From: Collinsella sp.
GTDB lineage: Bacteria; Actinomycetota; Coriobacteriia; Coriobacteriales; Coriobacteriaceae
Direction of reading: 5' to 3'
NCBI GenBank assembly: GCA_048402045.1
Contig: DBGDSC010000041.1
Coordinates: 15,637-79,636, forward strand
Length of the DNA stretch: 64,000 nucleotides
Part shown: one piece after another, positions 9,074 through 17,941 of the stretch
Layout: every line of letters begins with the position of its first letter
How positions within the stretch are numbered: the stretch's first letter is position 1
Notes under the pieces: generated by a model
What the model was told of the DNA's origin: nothing
The model's input: only the letters and a program-made list of their open reading frames with translations
The model's database searches: none
Translations under genes and position numbers: made by a program

Positions 9074-9257
9074 GATGATCTCCTTGATCGAACAAAAGTT
9101 AATAAATTAGAGAGAAGTAAGTCGCTGTCTCCTGATCACGCCGACGGGCGCAAACAGGAGCCCGGCATTCGTCTTAGTAAGCAATTCATATGCGGGCCTC
9201 CTTTCGCATCCCGGTTCCGTGGTTGGCTTAATTACCTACCGCCTTTGTGTGTTTTGA

Positions 9258-9286
9258 ATAGTACGAGCATTGTTTCCCTCGGTCAA
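9258..9286 (-). promoter_or_regulatory. Candidate sigma-70-type promoter of metY
   Basis: Minus strand reads TTGACC (9281-9286), a 17-nt spacer, then TACTAT (9258-9263). This implies a leader of about 175 nt. Confidence 0.45.
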
Positions 9287-9307
9287 TCACTTAAAAGCGC
9301 TAACCTG

Positions 9308-9326
9308 TTATCGGTTTTATAGATAA
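9308..9326. promoter_or_regulatory. LysR-type (T-N11-A) palindrome TTATC-N9-GATAA
   Basis: Perfect 5-bp inverted arms in the metY/lysR divergent region. The centre lies about 65 nt upstream of the predicted metY transcription start, the classical LTTR recognition-site position. Confidence 0.5.
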
Positions 9327-9337
9327 CACTCGAAAGG

Positions 9338-10249
9338 ATGGCGCCGATGACCCTCCAGCAGCTTCGTTTCCTGATCGCCGTAGCAGAGTCCGGCTCAATC
9401 AATGCCGCAGCCCAGCGCCTCTATACCGCTCAGTCCAACATCTCAAACGCCGTCAAAAGCCTGGAACAGGAGCTCCACCTGGAGATCTTTACGCGCTCCA
9501 GCCGCGGCGTCACGCTCACCAACGACGGCACCGAGCTTTTGGGCTATGCGCGCCAGGTCGTAGAGCAGGCCGACATGCTCGAGGCGCGCTACGAGGACGG
9601 CGGCACCCCGCAAGCCCGCCTCGCCATCTCCGCCCAGCACTACGCCTTTTCGGTCGAGGCCTTTGTCAACGTGGTCGAGCGCTGCCGCGACAGCAAGTTC
9701 GAGTTCATCATGCGCGAGACCACCACATCGCAGATCATCGATGACGTCCGCGCGTTTCGCAGCGACATCGGCATCCTCTATCTGGACGACTTTAACGTCC
9801 GCGTTCTGCAGAAGGCTTTTGCCGATGCGCGCGCGAGCTTCCATCCCCTATTCGACGCGACGGTCCACGTCTTCGTTAGCGAGCGCCACCCGCTTGCCCG
9901 CCGCCCGCAGCTGTCCCTTGCCGACCTCACACCATATACGCGCTACAGCTTTGAGCAAGGCACCTCGAACTCCTTCTATTACGCCGAGGAACCTTTTAGC
10001 TATATCCCTTGCGACCGCAACATACGAATCTCGGACCGCGGAACACTTACCAACTTACTTATCACGTCGAACGGCTACACCCTGTCGACCGGTGTCCTCT
10101 CCAATGAAATGCAATGGGGTATGGCATCGATCCCGTTAGCAGACGCCCCAACGATGCACGTAGGCTATATCATGCACGACGGGCGCAAGCCCTCTCCCCT
10201 CTTGCAGCAATACCTCGACGAGCTCAACCGCATCATCCATGCCAACTAA
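9338..10249 (+). CDS. LysR family transcriptional regulator
   Basis: N-terminal HTH LQQLRFLIAVAESGSINAAAQRLYTAQSNISNAVKSLEQEL plus a LysR substrate-binding domain. Divergent from metY. The ATG at 9347 is an alternative start. Confidence 0.85.
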   Translation: MAPMTLQQLRFLIAVAESGSINAAAQRLYTAQSNISNAVKSLEQELHLEIFTRSSRGVTLTNDGTELLGYARQVVEQADMLEARYEDGGTPQARLAISAQHYAFSVEAFVNVVERCRDSKFEFIMRETTTSQIIDDVRAFRSDIGILYLDDFNVRVLQKAFADARASFHPLFDATVHVFVSERHPLARRPQLSLADLTPYTRYSFEQGTSNSFYYAEEPFSYIPCDRNIRISDRGTLTNLLITSNGYTLSTGVLSNEMQWGMASIPLADAPTMHVGYIMHDGRKPSPLLQQYLDELNRIIHAN

Positions 10250-10348
10250 CTGTCGGAAGACGGGGTAGAAATCGTAGATTGCTAGCCCCCGGCGGGCATG
10301 GCGCTACAATGGTCACTCACACGAAACGTACCCAACGAAAGGAACCAT

Positions 10349-10834
10349 GTGAAGGTCATCATCTACACCGACGGCTCGGCCCGATCAAATCCGGGACGCG
10401 GCGGCTACGGCGCCGTACTCAAATACACCAACCCCGCCGACAAGACCTTCACCTCCGAGCTTTCACGCGGCTACGCCAAGACCACCAACAACCGTATGGA
10501 ACTCATGGCGGTCATCGTGGCGCTCGAGGCGCTCAACCGCCCCTGCGAGGTCGAAGTCCATTCCGATTCGCAGTACGTCGTCAACGCCTTCAACAAGCAC
10601 TGGATCGACGGCTGGAAAAAGCGCGGATGGAAAACCGCCAACAAGCAGCCCGTCAAGAACCGCGACCTGTGGGAGCGCCTACTCACCGCCAAAAGTAAGC
10701 ACAAGGTTGAGTTCATCTGGGTTAAGGGTCACGCCGGCCACGAGCTCAACGAGCGCTGCGATGAGCTCGCAACCACGGCGGCCGACGGCAGCAACCTCGA
10801 TATCGACACCGGCTTTAACGAGAGCGACCTGTAA
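10349..10834 (+). CDS. rnhA: Ribonuclease HI
   Basis: Motifs [24 protein letters not shown] and HSDSQYV, then [16 protein letters not shown] (DEDD residues). GTG at 10349 after AAAGGA. Confidence 0.85.
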   Translation: MKVIIYTDGSARSNPGRGGYGAVLKYTNPADKTFTSELSRGYAKTTNNRMELMAVIVALEALNRPCEVEVHSDSQYVVNAFNKHWIDGWKKRGWKTANKQPVKNRDLWERLLTAKSKHKVEFIWVKGHAGHELNERCDELATTAADGSNLDIDTGFNESDL

Positions 10835-10907
10835 TAGCGTTTTCGCGCAGCTTTATATCCCCACGCGCTACACTCATCCTGTAGACCAAACAACGCAAGG
10901 GGGACGT

Positions 10908-12014
10908 ATGCTGCGCATCGCGACCATCGGCACATCCATGATCACCGACGACTTTATCCAAGTCGTCAACGCCAACGACCAAGCCGCGTTTGTGGGCACG
11001 CTTTCACGCGACGCCAATCGCGGTACCGCCTTTACCGCCGAGCGCGGTGGCGAGCGAAACTTTACGTCACTCGATGAGCTTGCGGCAGCCGCCGACGTCG
11101 ACGCCGTCTATATCGGCAGCCCTAACGCACTTCACTACGGGCAGGCCCTTGCCTGCATCGCCGGTGGCAAGCACGTCATCGTCGAGAAACCCTTCTGCGC
11201 CACCGAAGCGCAGGCGCTGGAAGTCTTCCGCGCCGCCGAGGCAGCAGGTGTCGTGGCCCTCGAGGCCATGCGTCCCCTCCACGATCCCGCCTTCCACGCC
11301 ATCGAGGACGCCCTGGGCGAGATCGCCCCCATCCGCCGCGCCTCATTGCGCTTTGGCAAGTATTCCTCGCGCTACAACGAGATTCTCGCGGGACGCGCCA
11401 CCAATATCTTCGACTGCAATATGGCATCGGGTTCCCTCATGGACATTGGCGTCTACGCCGTCGAGCCCATGGTCGAGATTTTCGGCATGCCCTCCGGCCT
11501 TACGAGCATGACTACTCTGCTCGACCCCACCACGCGACAGCTCACGCACGGCCCCATCGACGGCTGCGGTTCCATCCTCGCCAGCTACGGCGGTGGCCGG
11601 ATCTCCGTCGAGCTCGCGCACTCCAAAATTACGAATGACCTGTTGCCCTCGCAGATCGAAGGCGAGCGTGGCACTATCCAGATCGACCATCTGTCCACGC
11701 CCCGCAACGTCCGCATCGACTATCGCGGCGATGTCGTACGCGGCTCGGCGACCGAGGCACCGCGCGAACAGGGCGAGAACGGCCGCGTGCTCGACCTGCC
11801 CAAATCGAGCAACACTATGGAATACGAACTCACAGACTTTATCACCGCCATCGGCGGCATCGATAACGTTAAGGAAGAGATTTGGGAGACCCCGGCAGGA
11901 CGCCACGAGCTTGGCCACTACCGCGATGTCACACTCGTCTCACTGCGTATCATGGATGCCGTGCGCCAGCAGGCCGGCATTACCTTCCCGGCCGACGCAG
12001 GCAAGCAGGCATAG
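10908..12014 (+). CDS. Gfo/Idh/MocA family oxidoreductase
   Basis: ATG at 10908 after AAGGGGGA. N-terminus MLRIATIGTSMITDDF, then EKPF. Family-typical layout. Confidence 0.8.
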   Translation: MLRIATIGTSMITDDFIQVVNANDQAAFVGTLSRDANRGTAFTAERGGERNFTSLDELAAAADVDAVYIGSPNALHYGQALACIAGGKHVIVEKPFCATEAQALEVFRAAEAAGVVALEAMRPLHDPAFHAIEDALGEIAPIRRASLRFGKYSSRYNEILAGRATNIFDCNMASGSLMDIGVYAVEPMVEIFGMPSGLTSMTTLLDPTTRQLTHGPIDGCGSILASYGGGRISVELAHSKITNDLLPSQIEGERGTIQIDHLSTPRNVRIDYRGDVVRGSATEAPREQGENGRVLDLPKSSNTMEYELTDFITAIGGIDNVKEEIWETPAGRHELGHYRDVTLVSLRIMDAVRQQAGITFPADAGKQA

Positions 12015-12016
12015 CG

Positions 12017-12427
12017 ATGGGCCTCTTCGATACGTTCTTCTCCAGCGTCACCGGCGGCAGTCGAGAGCCTCAAAAACCATCAAACGTCGAGCTCGAGCTG
12101 CGCCGCAGGCTTACTGTGCTCGCAAGCGACGAGGCCACTCAAGACACTCCCCTGCGCTATTTCCTGCACTGGGCGGGGCAAGTCCAGGGCGTTGGCTTTC
12201 GCTTTACCAACACCAACCTCGCGCAGGCACGCGCGCTCACCGGCTGGGTGCGTAACATGGAAGACGGCTCAGTCGAGATGGAGATACAGGGGGCTCCGGC
12301 AAATATCCTATCTCATCTCGAGGCGCTTCATGCCTCCTACGAGCGTATGGGAACGCGTTTTCGCCTCGTAGACGCCCAGGCCCGAGCCCCACTTGCCAAT
12401 GAAGACGGTTTCACGCCTCGTTATTAG
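12017..12427 (+). CDS. acyP: Acylphosphatase with an N-terminal extension of about 45 aa
   Basis: GQVQGVGFRFTNTNLAQARALTGWVRNMEDGSVEMEIQG matches the acylphosphatase signature. The ATG lies 2 nt after the upstream stop. Confidence 0.7.
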   Translation: MGLFDTFFSSVTGGSREPQKPSNVELELRRRLTVLASDEATQDTPLRYFLHWAGQVQGVGFRFTNTNLAQARALTGWVRNMEDGSVEMEIQGAPANILSHLEALHASYERMGTRFRLVDAQARAPLANEDGFTPRY

Positions 12428-12488
12428 TATTGTGTGCTAAATACGGTATCATTTACCTACGACCGTTGATAGAAAAGAGGCGAGGCGC

Positions 12489-12869
12489 ATGGCGGTGCAA
12501 AGAAGGAATACCAGGCAGCGAAAGCTGGTTCTTGACGCCGTGCGCCAAAGCTATAACCATCCCACCGCCGACGAAATCTACAACGTCGTGCGCGCGCAGG
12601 ATGACAAAATCAGCCGCGGCACGGTCTACCGCAACCTCAATCTCTTGGCCGACGCCGGCGAGATTCTCTCCATCAAGACGCCGGGCGGCAGCCGCTTCGA
12701 TCGCACGATCGAGCCGCATGCGCATATCATCTGCACCTCGTGCAGCCGCGTCATCGACGTACCACTCCCCTTCGATGCCCAGCTCGACGCCAAGGCATCC
12801 GAGCAAATCGGCTGGCACGTCACGTCGCACTACACCATCTTCGAGGGTCTCTGCCCCGACTGCCGGTAG
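12489..12869 (+). CDS. Fur family transcriptional regulator (Fur/Zur/PerR type)
   Basis: Motifs RNTRQRKLVLDAV, HPTADEIY and ISRGTVYRNL, plus CxxC pairs CTSC and CPDC. Confidence 0.85.
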   Translation: MAVQRRNTRQRKLVLDAVRQSYNHPTADEIYNVVRAQDDKISRGTVYRNLNLLADAGEILSIKTPGGSRFDRTIEPHAHIICTSCSRVIDVPLPFDAQLDAKASEQIGWHVTSHYTIFEGLCPDCR

Positions 12870-12946
12870 ATGTTTGGGACATGCCTTAAAATCCACCTTT
12901 CCGCACTTTGCAGCAAAAAGTAGATTTCTAGACATGTCCCAGATAT

Positions 12947-13744
12947 CTACTCGGCGAGCAGGCGATGCAGTTCCTCTTCGACCGTGCGCGCGTAGCGAAC
13001 GCGGTCGTTGATGCCGCGCATGGTGGGGTTGCAGCTCTCCATCAGATAGGGATGGCCCACGACGTTGAGCATGTCGCGATCGTTCTCATTGTCGCCAAAC
13101 GCCATCATCTCATCGGGCGAAATACCCAAGGCACGACCGTAATCGGCAAGCGCGGAACCCTTACCCGAATCAAAGCCGATAAAGTCCGTCCATTCGGTTC
13201 CCGACGTCATCACGTCGACACGGTCGCTAAAGAGGCGCTCGAAATACTCCAGCGCCGCCGGCTGATTCACCTCGGGCGTCTGGAAGGCAATCTTAATGAC
13301 GTCCTCGTCGATGTCCTCGGGGCGGTCGACCACCGCCACATCGCAGTGGACCTCATAGCGCAAATGGTCGACGAACGCATCGTTGCCGCTCATGGTGTAG
13401 AGGTGTCCCTCACACGAAAGGGTCACGTCGGCATGGGGATACGCAACCACGGCATTCGCGATATCCATAGCAAGGCTACGCTCCATGGAACGCTTGACAA
13501 CGGCACGCCCCTCGCTCATCACTAGGGCTCCGTTTTCGCATACATAGGCGAGCTCATCGGCCACCGGGGCAAACAGGTAGCGCAAGCTCGCATATTGACG
13601 ACCGCTCGCCGGCATAAACACGATGCCGCGACGATGCAGCTCGTCGATGAGCTTAAAAGCCTCGGAACGCGGCTCGCGCTCCCCCGGATGCAGCAACGTG
13701 CCGTCCAAATCGCATGCAATCAGCTTGATTCCCTCAAGACCCAT
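12947..13744 (-). CDS. Cof-type HAD-IIB family hydrolase
   Basis: IKLIACDLDGTLL (motif I), ASGRQ, and GDNENDRDML (motif IV). ATG at 13744. Confidence 0.8.
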   Translation of the reverse strand: MGLEGIKLIACDLDGTLLHPGEREPRSEAFKLIDELHRRGIVFMPASGRQYASLRYLFAPVADELAYVCENGALVMSEGRAVVKRSMERSLAMDIANAVVAYPHADVTLSCEGHLYTMSGNDAFVDHLRYEVHCDVAVVDRPEDIDEDVIKIAFQTPEVNQPAALEYFERLFSDRVDVMTSGTEWTDFIGFDSGKGSALADYGRALGISPDEMMAFGDNENDRDMLNVVGHPYLMESCNPTMRGINDRVRYARTVEEELHRLLAE

Positions 13745-13772
13745 ATGCTTTCCCCCAAAGCACCTCATCAAC

Positions 13773-13817
13773 AGTAAGACGGACTTTGAATAGCTGCCTC
13801 TCAAAGTCCGTCTTACT
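13773..13817 (-). terminator. 17-bp perfect hairpin downstream of the UreE-like gene (I-shaped terminator candidate)
   Basis: AGTAAGACGGACTTTGA (13773-13789) pairs with TCAAAGTCCGTCTTACT (13801-13817). No clear U tract. Confidence 0.5.
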
Positions 13818-13827
13818 CATACGCACG

Positions 13828-14406
13828 TTAACCGCGCGCCTTTTTTACGATCGTAAAGTCTGGAGCCATACTCACAACGGCATCCGCCGCACTCGACGCA
13901 AAGCGCCGGTCCGCATCGAGTTCACGGGTAACCACCGAGAGCCGAACGCCCTCGACGCCCCGGAGCATGCGGCCCAAAACAGGCTGCACCGGCGTATACA
14001 TGCGCACGGTATACTCGTCCGAATCGCCTCGGAAAAGCGGCGCGTGCATATTGCCGATCTCCCAGCACGCATGCGCGAGCGCAATCGGGTCCATGCGGTC
14101 AACTTCGACCAAATAAACCTCGGCACTGCGCAGGCGCACGACAACCGCCACGGGCACCATGCCCGAACGGTCGATGACAAGCACATCGCCATCGGCAAGG
14201 CAATCGCCATCGGCAGCGCCCAGCCGAATATCGACCGTACGCCCCAGCTCCGTCACGCCCACAAATGTGCGGGCATCGGCCTGGTCCCAATCGAGTAGTA
14301 GCTCATCGACCTCAAAGACACCGCCCAGCTCCCGGCGAAGCAAAAGCTCATAGGACGGGTCGTTGAGATTTCCGAGACACGCTGTCGAAACCAGATTCAC
14401 AGGCAT
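13828..14406 (-). CDS. UreE-like metallochaperone-family protein (tentative)
   Basis: ALAHACWEIGNMHAPLF resembles the UreE core ACYHLGNRHVPLQ (recalled from memory), and LADGDVL resembles UreE LRGGDVL. No His-rich tail. The start lies 3 nt after the slyD-like stop. Confidence 0.5.
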   Translation of the reverse strand: MPVNLVSTACLGNLNDPSYELLLRRELGGVFEVDELLLDWDQADARTFVGVTELGRTVDIRLGAADGDCLADGDVLVIDRSGMVPVAVVVRLRSAEVYLVEVDRMDPIALAHACWEIGNMHAPLFRGDSDEYTVRMYTPVQPVLGRMLRGVEGVRLSVVTRELDADRRFASSAADAVVSMAPDFTIVKKARG

Positions 14407-14409
14407 AGC

Positions 14410-14838
14410 CTAGTCCTCGACCTCAACGAGCTCGATATCAAAGTTGAGGTCCTTGCCGGCCAGCTCGTGGTTGGCGTCGAGCGTCACGGCCTCGGGCGTT
14501 ACGTCGATGACCACGGCGGGAACGGGCATACCGCTCGGCGTGGACAGGAAAAGCTTCATGCCCTTCTCGATCTGCTCGATGTTGGGAACCTGTTCGGCCG
14601 GGAAGGTAATAACCATCTCGGGATTGTGCTCGCCGTAGGCATCGGCAGCAGGAATGTGCACGGTCTTCTTCTCGCCCACCTGCATGTCGACAACAGCGGC
14701 GTCGAAGCCCTTGATCATCTGACCGGCGCCGCAGGTGAACTCCAGCGGCTCGCCGCGATCGTAGGAGCTATCGAACTGCGTGCCGTCATCGAGCGTGCCG
14801 CGATAATGGGTCTTGACCTTCTTGCCCTGGTTGGACAT
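14410..14838 (-). CDS. slyD: FKBP-type peptidyl-prolyl cis-trans isomerase, SlyD-like (with IF chaperone insert)
   Basis: Motifs HYRGTLDDGTQFDSS, FTCGAGQMIKGFD and DANHELAGKDLNFDIELVEV. ATG at 14838 after GGAGG. No His-rich tail. Confidence 0.85.
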   Translation of the reverse strand: MSNQGKKVKTHYRGTLDDGTQFDSSYDRGEPLEFTCGAGQMIKGFDAAVVDMQVGEKKTVHIPAADAYGEHNPEMVITFPAEQVPNIEQIEKGMKLFLSTPSGMPVPAVVIDVTPEAVTLDANHELAGKDLNFDIELVEVED

Positions 14839-14958
14839 GGTAACCTCCGTGATAAGGGCGGCGCACAACGCGGGCCGCCGTGAACATATGGCGCTAACTA
14901 TACCCTAGTCATACAATTCAATGACAGTTTGCAAAGAAACGCTGCAACCGGAGGAACC

Positions 14959-15972
14959 ATGGCATATCCCGTATTTGACCTACACTGCGACACCGCCGAC
15001 CGAATCGGCTGGGCCACGCTCGATCTCGACCTGCGCTTTACCGCCGGCACCGACGGTTATTTCCCCGGCGACGAAACGCATCCGCAAGATTTCGACCTCA
15101 TCGAGGGTAACGCCTGTGCCATCTCGCTCGCAAAGATCGGCAACACGCCGTGGGCACAGTGCTTCGCCACGTTTGTCCCCGACGAGATTCCCACCGCCCA
15201 CGCCGCGCGCTTCCAGGCGCAAATCATGGCGCATATGAGCGGCCAGGCAATGCTCAACCACGACCGCATGGTCAACGTACGCAGCGCGGCAGACATTCGC
15301 CCCGCGCTCAAAGACGGCAAGGTCGCCTGCATCCACACCATCGAAAACGCCACGTTCTTTGCCGAGGACCCCGCGCTGATCGAGGTGCTCAAGAGCTTGG
15401 GCGTACTCATGTCATCGCTCAGCTGGAATGCGCAAGGACCGCTCGCGAGCGGACACGATACCCACGCCGGCCTCACCGCCGCCGGCATCGAGGCACTTAC
15501 GCAGATGGAGCACGCCGGCATGGTGCTTGACGTCTCCCACCTCAACGATGAGTGCTTTGACGAGGTTGTCGCCCACGCCACACGTCCCTTCGTCGCCAGC
15601 CACTCCAACTCCCGTGCGGTTTGCGGCGTCAAACGCAACCTTACCGACGACCAGTTCCGCACCATTCGCGACATGGGCGGTATCGTCGGCCTCAACTACT
15701 GCAGCGAGTTCCTTTCCAACGACGCAACCGACAAGACCGCCGCAGACGTCACCTTCGACCAGCTAGCGGCACATATCGAGCACTGGCTCGACCTGGGCGG
15801 CGAGGACGTCATCGCGCTCGGCGGCGACTGGGACGGTGCCACGGTGCCCGCCTTCCTCTCCGATGCCAGCAAGATGCCCGAGTTCCAGAACATGCTCTCC
15901 AAGCACTTTGGCAAGACCGTGATGCAGAAGCTCTGCAGCGACAACGCGCTTGCCTTCTTTGAGCGTTATTAA
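14959..15972 (+). CDS. Membrane dipeptidase (peptidase family M19)
   Basis: N-terminus MAYPVFDLHCDT, then LDVSHL and SHSNSRAVC. ATG at 14959 after GGAGGA. Confidence 0.85.
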   Translation: MAYPVFDLHCDTADRIGWATLDLDLRFTAGTDGYFPGDETHPQDFDLIEGNACAISLAKIGNTPWAQCFATFVPDEIPTAHAARFQAQIMAHMSGQAMLNHDRMVNVRSAADIRPALKDGKVACIHTIENATFFAEDPALIEVLKSLGVLMSSLSWNAQGPLASGHDTHAGLTAAGIEALTQMEHAGMVLDVSHLNDECFDEVVAHATRPFVASHSNSRAVCGVKRNLTDDQFRTIRDMGGIVGLNYCSEFLSNDATDKTAADVTFDQLAAHIEHWLDLGGEDVIALGGDWDGATVPAFLSDASKMPEFQNMLSKHFGKTVMQKLCSDNALAFFERY

Positions 15973-15989
15973 TTTCACATCCCTTGAGC

Positions 15990-16023
15990 GGGCCGGCATG
16001 CCGAACGGTCGACATGCCGGCCC
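15990..16023 (+). terminator. Hairpin after the dipeptidase gene
   Basis: GGGCCGGCATG (15990-16000) pairs with CATGCCGGCCC (16013-16023). No U tract. Overlaps possible starts of the next ORF. Confidence 0.4.
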
Positions 16024-16823
16024 GTCCCCAATCTGAAGGACCGCTTTTGACGCAGCAGTTTACGATTTCCGCATCCCGACCGGATGGGACGCCCATCCCC
16101 GTCATCGTTACCAAAAAGCGCGTCAAGAACTTCAACCTACGCGTCACATCGAGCGGTGAGGTCCACGCCAGTGCACCGCTCGGCGCCAGCCGCGAGCGTA
16201 TCGAAGCGTTTGTGAAGCGCAACAGCGCCTGGATTATCAGCCGACTTGCCCAGCGCGAGCAACGTCAGGCGACGGCGCGAGAGCCGCTCAGTCCCTCGTC
16301 CATCATTGCGCTTTGGGGCAAACCCATCACCGTTCAGGATGCACTCGACCACAACTTTGAGCCACCCGCACCGCGGCCCAAGCAGGCTACCTTCGCAAGT
16401 TTTATGGGTACCGACGAGCCAGACGAACGTCCGCAGGCCAAGTGGAACGCGACCCTCGACGGCTTAACGCCCAGTGAGATCCAAGCCCATATTGACCAGC
16501 TCTATACGTCCGAGGTCACATCGGCGCTGCGCGATATTGTGCACGCATACGAAATCGCAATGGGTGTCGCCGTTTCCCGCGTTTCCGTGCGCAGCATGAA
16601 AACGCGCTGGGGATCATGCACGCCCAAAACCGGCGCCATTCGCATCGCACGAGAACTTGCCGCCTACCCCGTCGAGTGCCTTGACATGGTTGTCGCCCAC
16701 GAGCTCGTCCACCTGCTCGAGCCAAGCCACAATCATCGGTTTCACGCGCTGCTCGACACGTACTGCCCCAACAACAGGGCTCTGTCGCAGCGGCTCAAAA
16801 AACCGCCCGCCAACGAGCTCTAG
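16014..16823 (+). CDS. YgjP-like (DUF45/M48-type) zinc metallopeptidase
   Basis: HELVHLLEPSHNHRF (HExxH) near the C-terminus. N-terminal VKNFNLRVTSSGEVHASAP pattern. The start is uncertain (ATG 16014, or TTG about 16046). Confidence 0.65.
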   Translation: MPARPQSEGPLLTQQFTISASRPDGTPIPVIVTKKRVKNFNLRVTSSGEVHASAPLGASRERIEAFVKRNSAWIISRLAQREQRQATAREPLSPSSIIALWGKPITVQDALDHNFEPPAPRPKQATFASFMGTDEPDERPQAKWNATLDGLTPSEIQAHIDQLYTSEVTSALRDIVHAYEIAMGVAVSRVSVRSMKTRWGSCTPKTGAIRIARELAAYPVECLDMVVAHELVHLLEPSHNHRFHALLDTYCPNNRALSQRLKKPPANEL

Positions 16824-16829
16824 AGTCGG

Positions 16830-17315
16830 TTAGCGCACGCGCTCGATCTCGACACCGCAGCTTGCCAAGGGAAGACCGACAGGCGCCCAAGGCTTATCGA
16901 GCTTAACGTGCACGCCAAGCAGCAGGGGGTAACGACGCAACAGCATCTGGGCCACACCCTCGGCTGCCGCCTCGATGAGCTTAAACGTATGCTCGCGCAG
17001 ATAGCCATCGACATCGTGGCATACCGAGCCGTAGTCAATCGAGGCGTCCAGGTTATCGTGCTCCCCCGCTGCACGCAGGTCAGCATAGAGCACCAAGGAC
17101 ACGATGAATTTCTGGCCCAGCGCGTTCTCTTCGGGATACACGCCGTGGTTAGCAAAAACCTCAAGACCTTCAACGGTGATGCGGTCGGCATGGCGCAGAT
17201 CGTCATAGTTCACGTGGGGCACCGCCGTTGCGGTGGATATTTCGCCCCTTCCACGGCGGGCGAGCTCGGCGCCTTCAGTCTTGGTTGCATTCTCGGGCAG
17301 TTTCTTGTTGCTCAT
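16830..17315 (-). CDS. folB: Dihydroneopterin aldolase with an N-terminal extension of about 35 aa
   Basis: ITVEGLEVFANHGVYPEENALGQKF...DYGSV...FKLIEAAAEGVA...LDKPWAP. ATG at 17315 after AAGGAGA. Confidence 0.8.
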   Translation of the reverse strand: MSNKKLPENATKTEGAELARRGRGEISTATAVPHVNYDDLRHADRITVEGLEVFANHGVYPEENALGQKFIVSLVLYADLRAAGEHDNLDASIDYGSVCHDVDGYLREHTFKLIEAAAEGVAQMLLRRYPLLLGVHVKLDKPWAPVGLPLASCGVEIERVR

Positions 17316-17358
17316 CGCGATCGTCTCCTTCGTTTAGAACCCCGACCGCGCAAACTAA

Positions 17359-17940
17359 CTACACGCGAATCGACAGGTTCTTTTTATCATCGCTCCAGTT
17401 GCAAGCATTGCGCGCGGGGCATGCAAAGCAGGCGCGCGACGCTTTATCGGCCGCATAGAGCAGACGCTCAAGCGGTTGGCTGTTCACGCGCAGCTTTCGA
17501 TGGCCCAGAATGGCCGTCTTAATGGCTGCGGCATCGGCCGGCTCAAACGCCACATCATCGGGCATGCCGCCGAGAATCGCATCAGCGACGCGTTCGCTTG
17601 CAACATCATGGGATATACCCGATTCATACTGTTCATCTTTGCCGATATCGTGAAGAAGTGCCGTGGCGTAGATGACCTCGCGGTCAAATTCGAGCTGTTC
17701 CTCAAGATTCTTGATCCACATAATGCGAGCGACATCGAGCAGATGGTCAATACCGTGGCGGCAGAAGATGCGCCCCGATTCCAACTGCGCAATGTTGCCC
17801 AGGTGCCGCCGAAACAGCCCGTTGGCACAAATGTAATCAATGCGAGGCATGGCATCAAAGGGGGCCAGGCCCGAAGCCATGAAGCCGCGACGCGGCGTCC
17901 CCTCATCGGTCTTCGATGTAAAGTCGTTGACGACCCTCAT
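17359..17940 (-). CDS. HD-domain metal-dependent phosphohydrolase with C-terminal CX2CX5C motif
   Basis: HGIDHLLDVA and ALLHDIGK (H...HD). C-terminal RACFACPARNAC. The ATG at 17940 directly abuts the folE stop (17942-17944). Confidence 0.75.
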   Translation of the reverse strand: MRVVNDFTSKTDEGTPRRGFMASGLAPFDAMPRIDYICANGLFRRHLGNIAQLESGRIFCRHGIDHLLDVARIMWIKNLEEQLEFDREVIYATALLHDIGKDEQYESGISHDVASERVADAILGGMPDDVAFEPADAAAIKTAILGHRKLRVNSQPLERLLYAADKASRACFACPARNACNWSDDKKNLSIRV

Positions 17941-17941
17941 G

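Noticed and set aside
9074-9257. SAM riboswitch (SAM-I, SAM-II, SAM-IV) upstream of metY
   Set aside because: I could not align the leader to the conserved cores I remember for these classes. Only a generic nested hairpin is visible. It is kept solely as a scan suggestion in the metY finding.
12875-12941. 9-bp inverted repeat TGGGACATG...CATGTCCCA between the convergent fur-family and HAD genes
   Set aside because: The arms are short and the loop is 49 nt. It is most simply a weak convergent-terminator region and is not distinctive.
17221-17240. A third copy of the 86-nt hairpin element (gttgcggtggata)
   Set aside because: Only a 12-nt chance match inside the folB coding sequence, with no partner arm and no conserved flanks.
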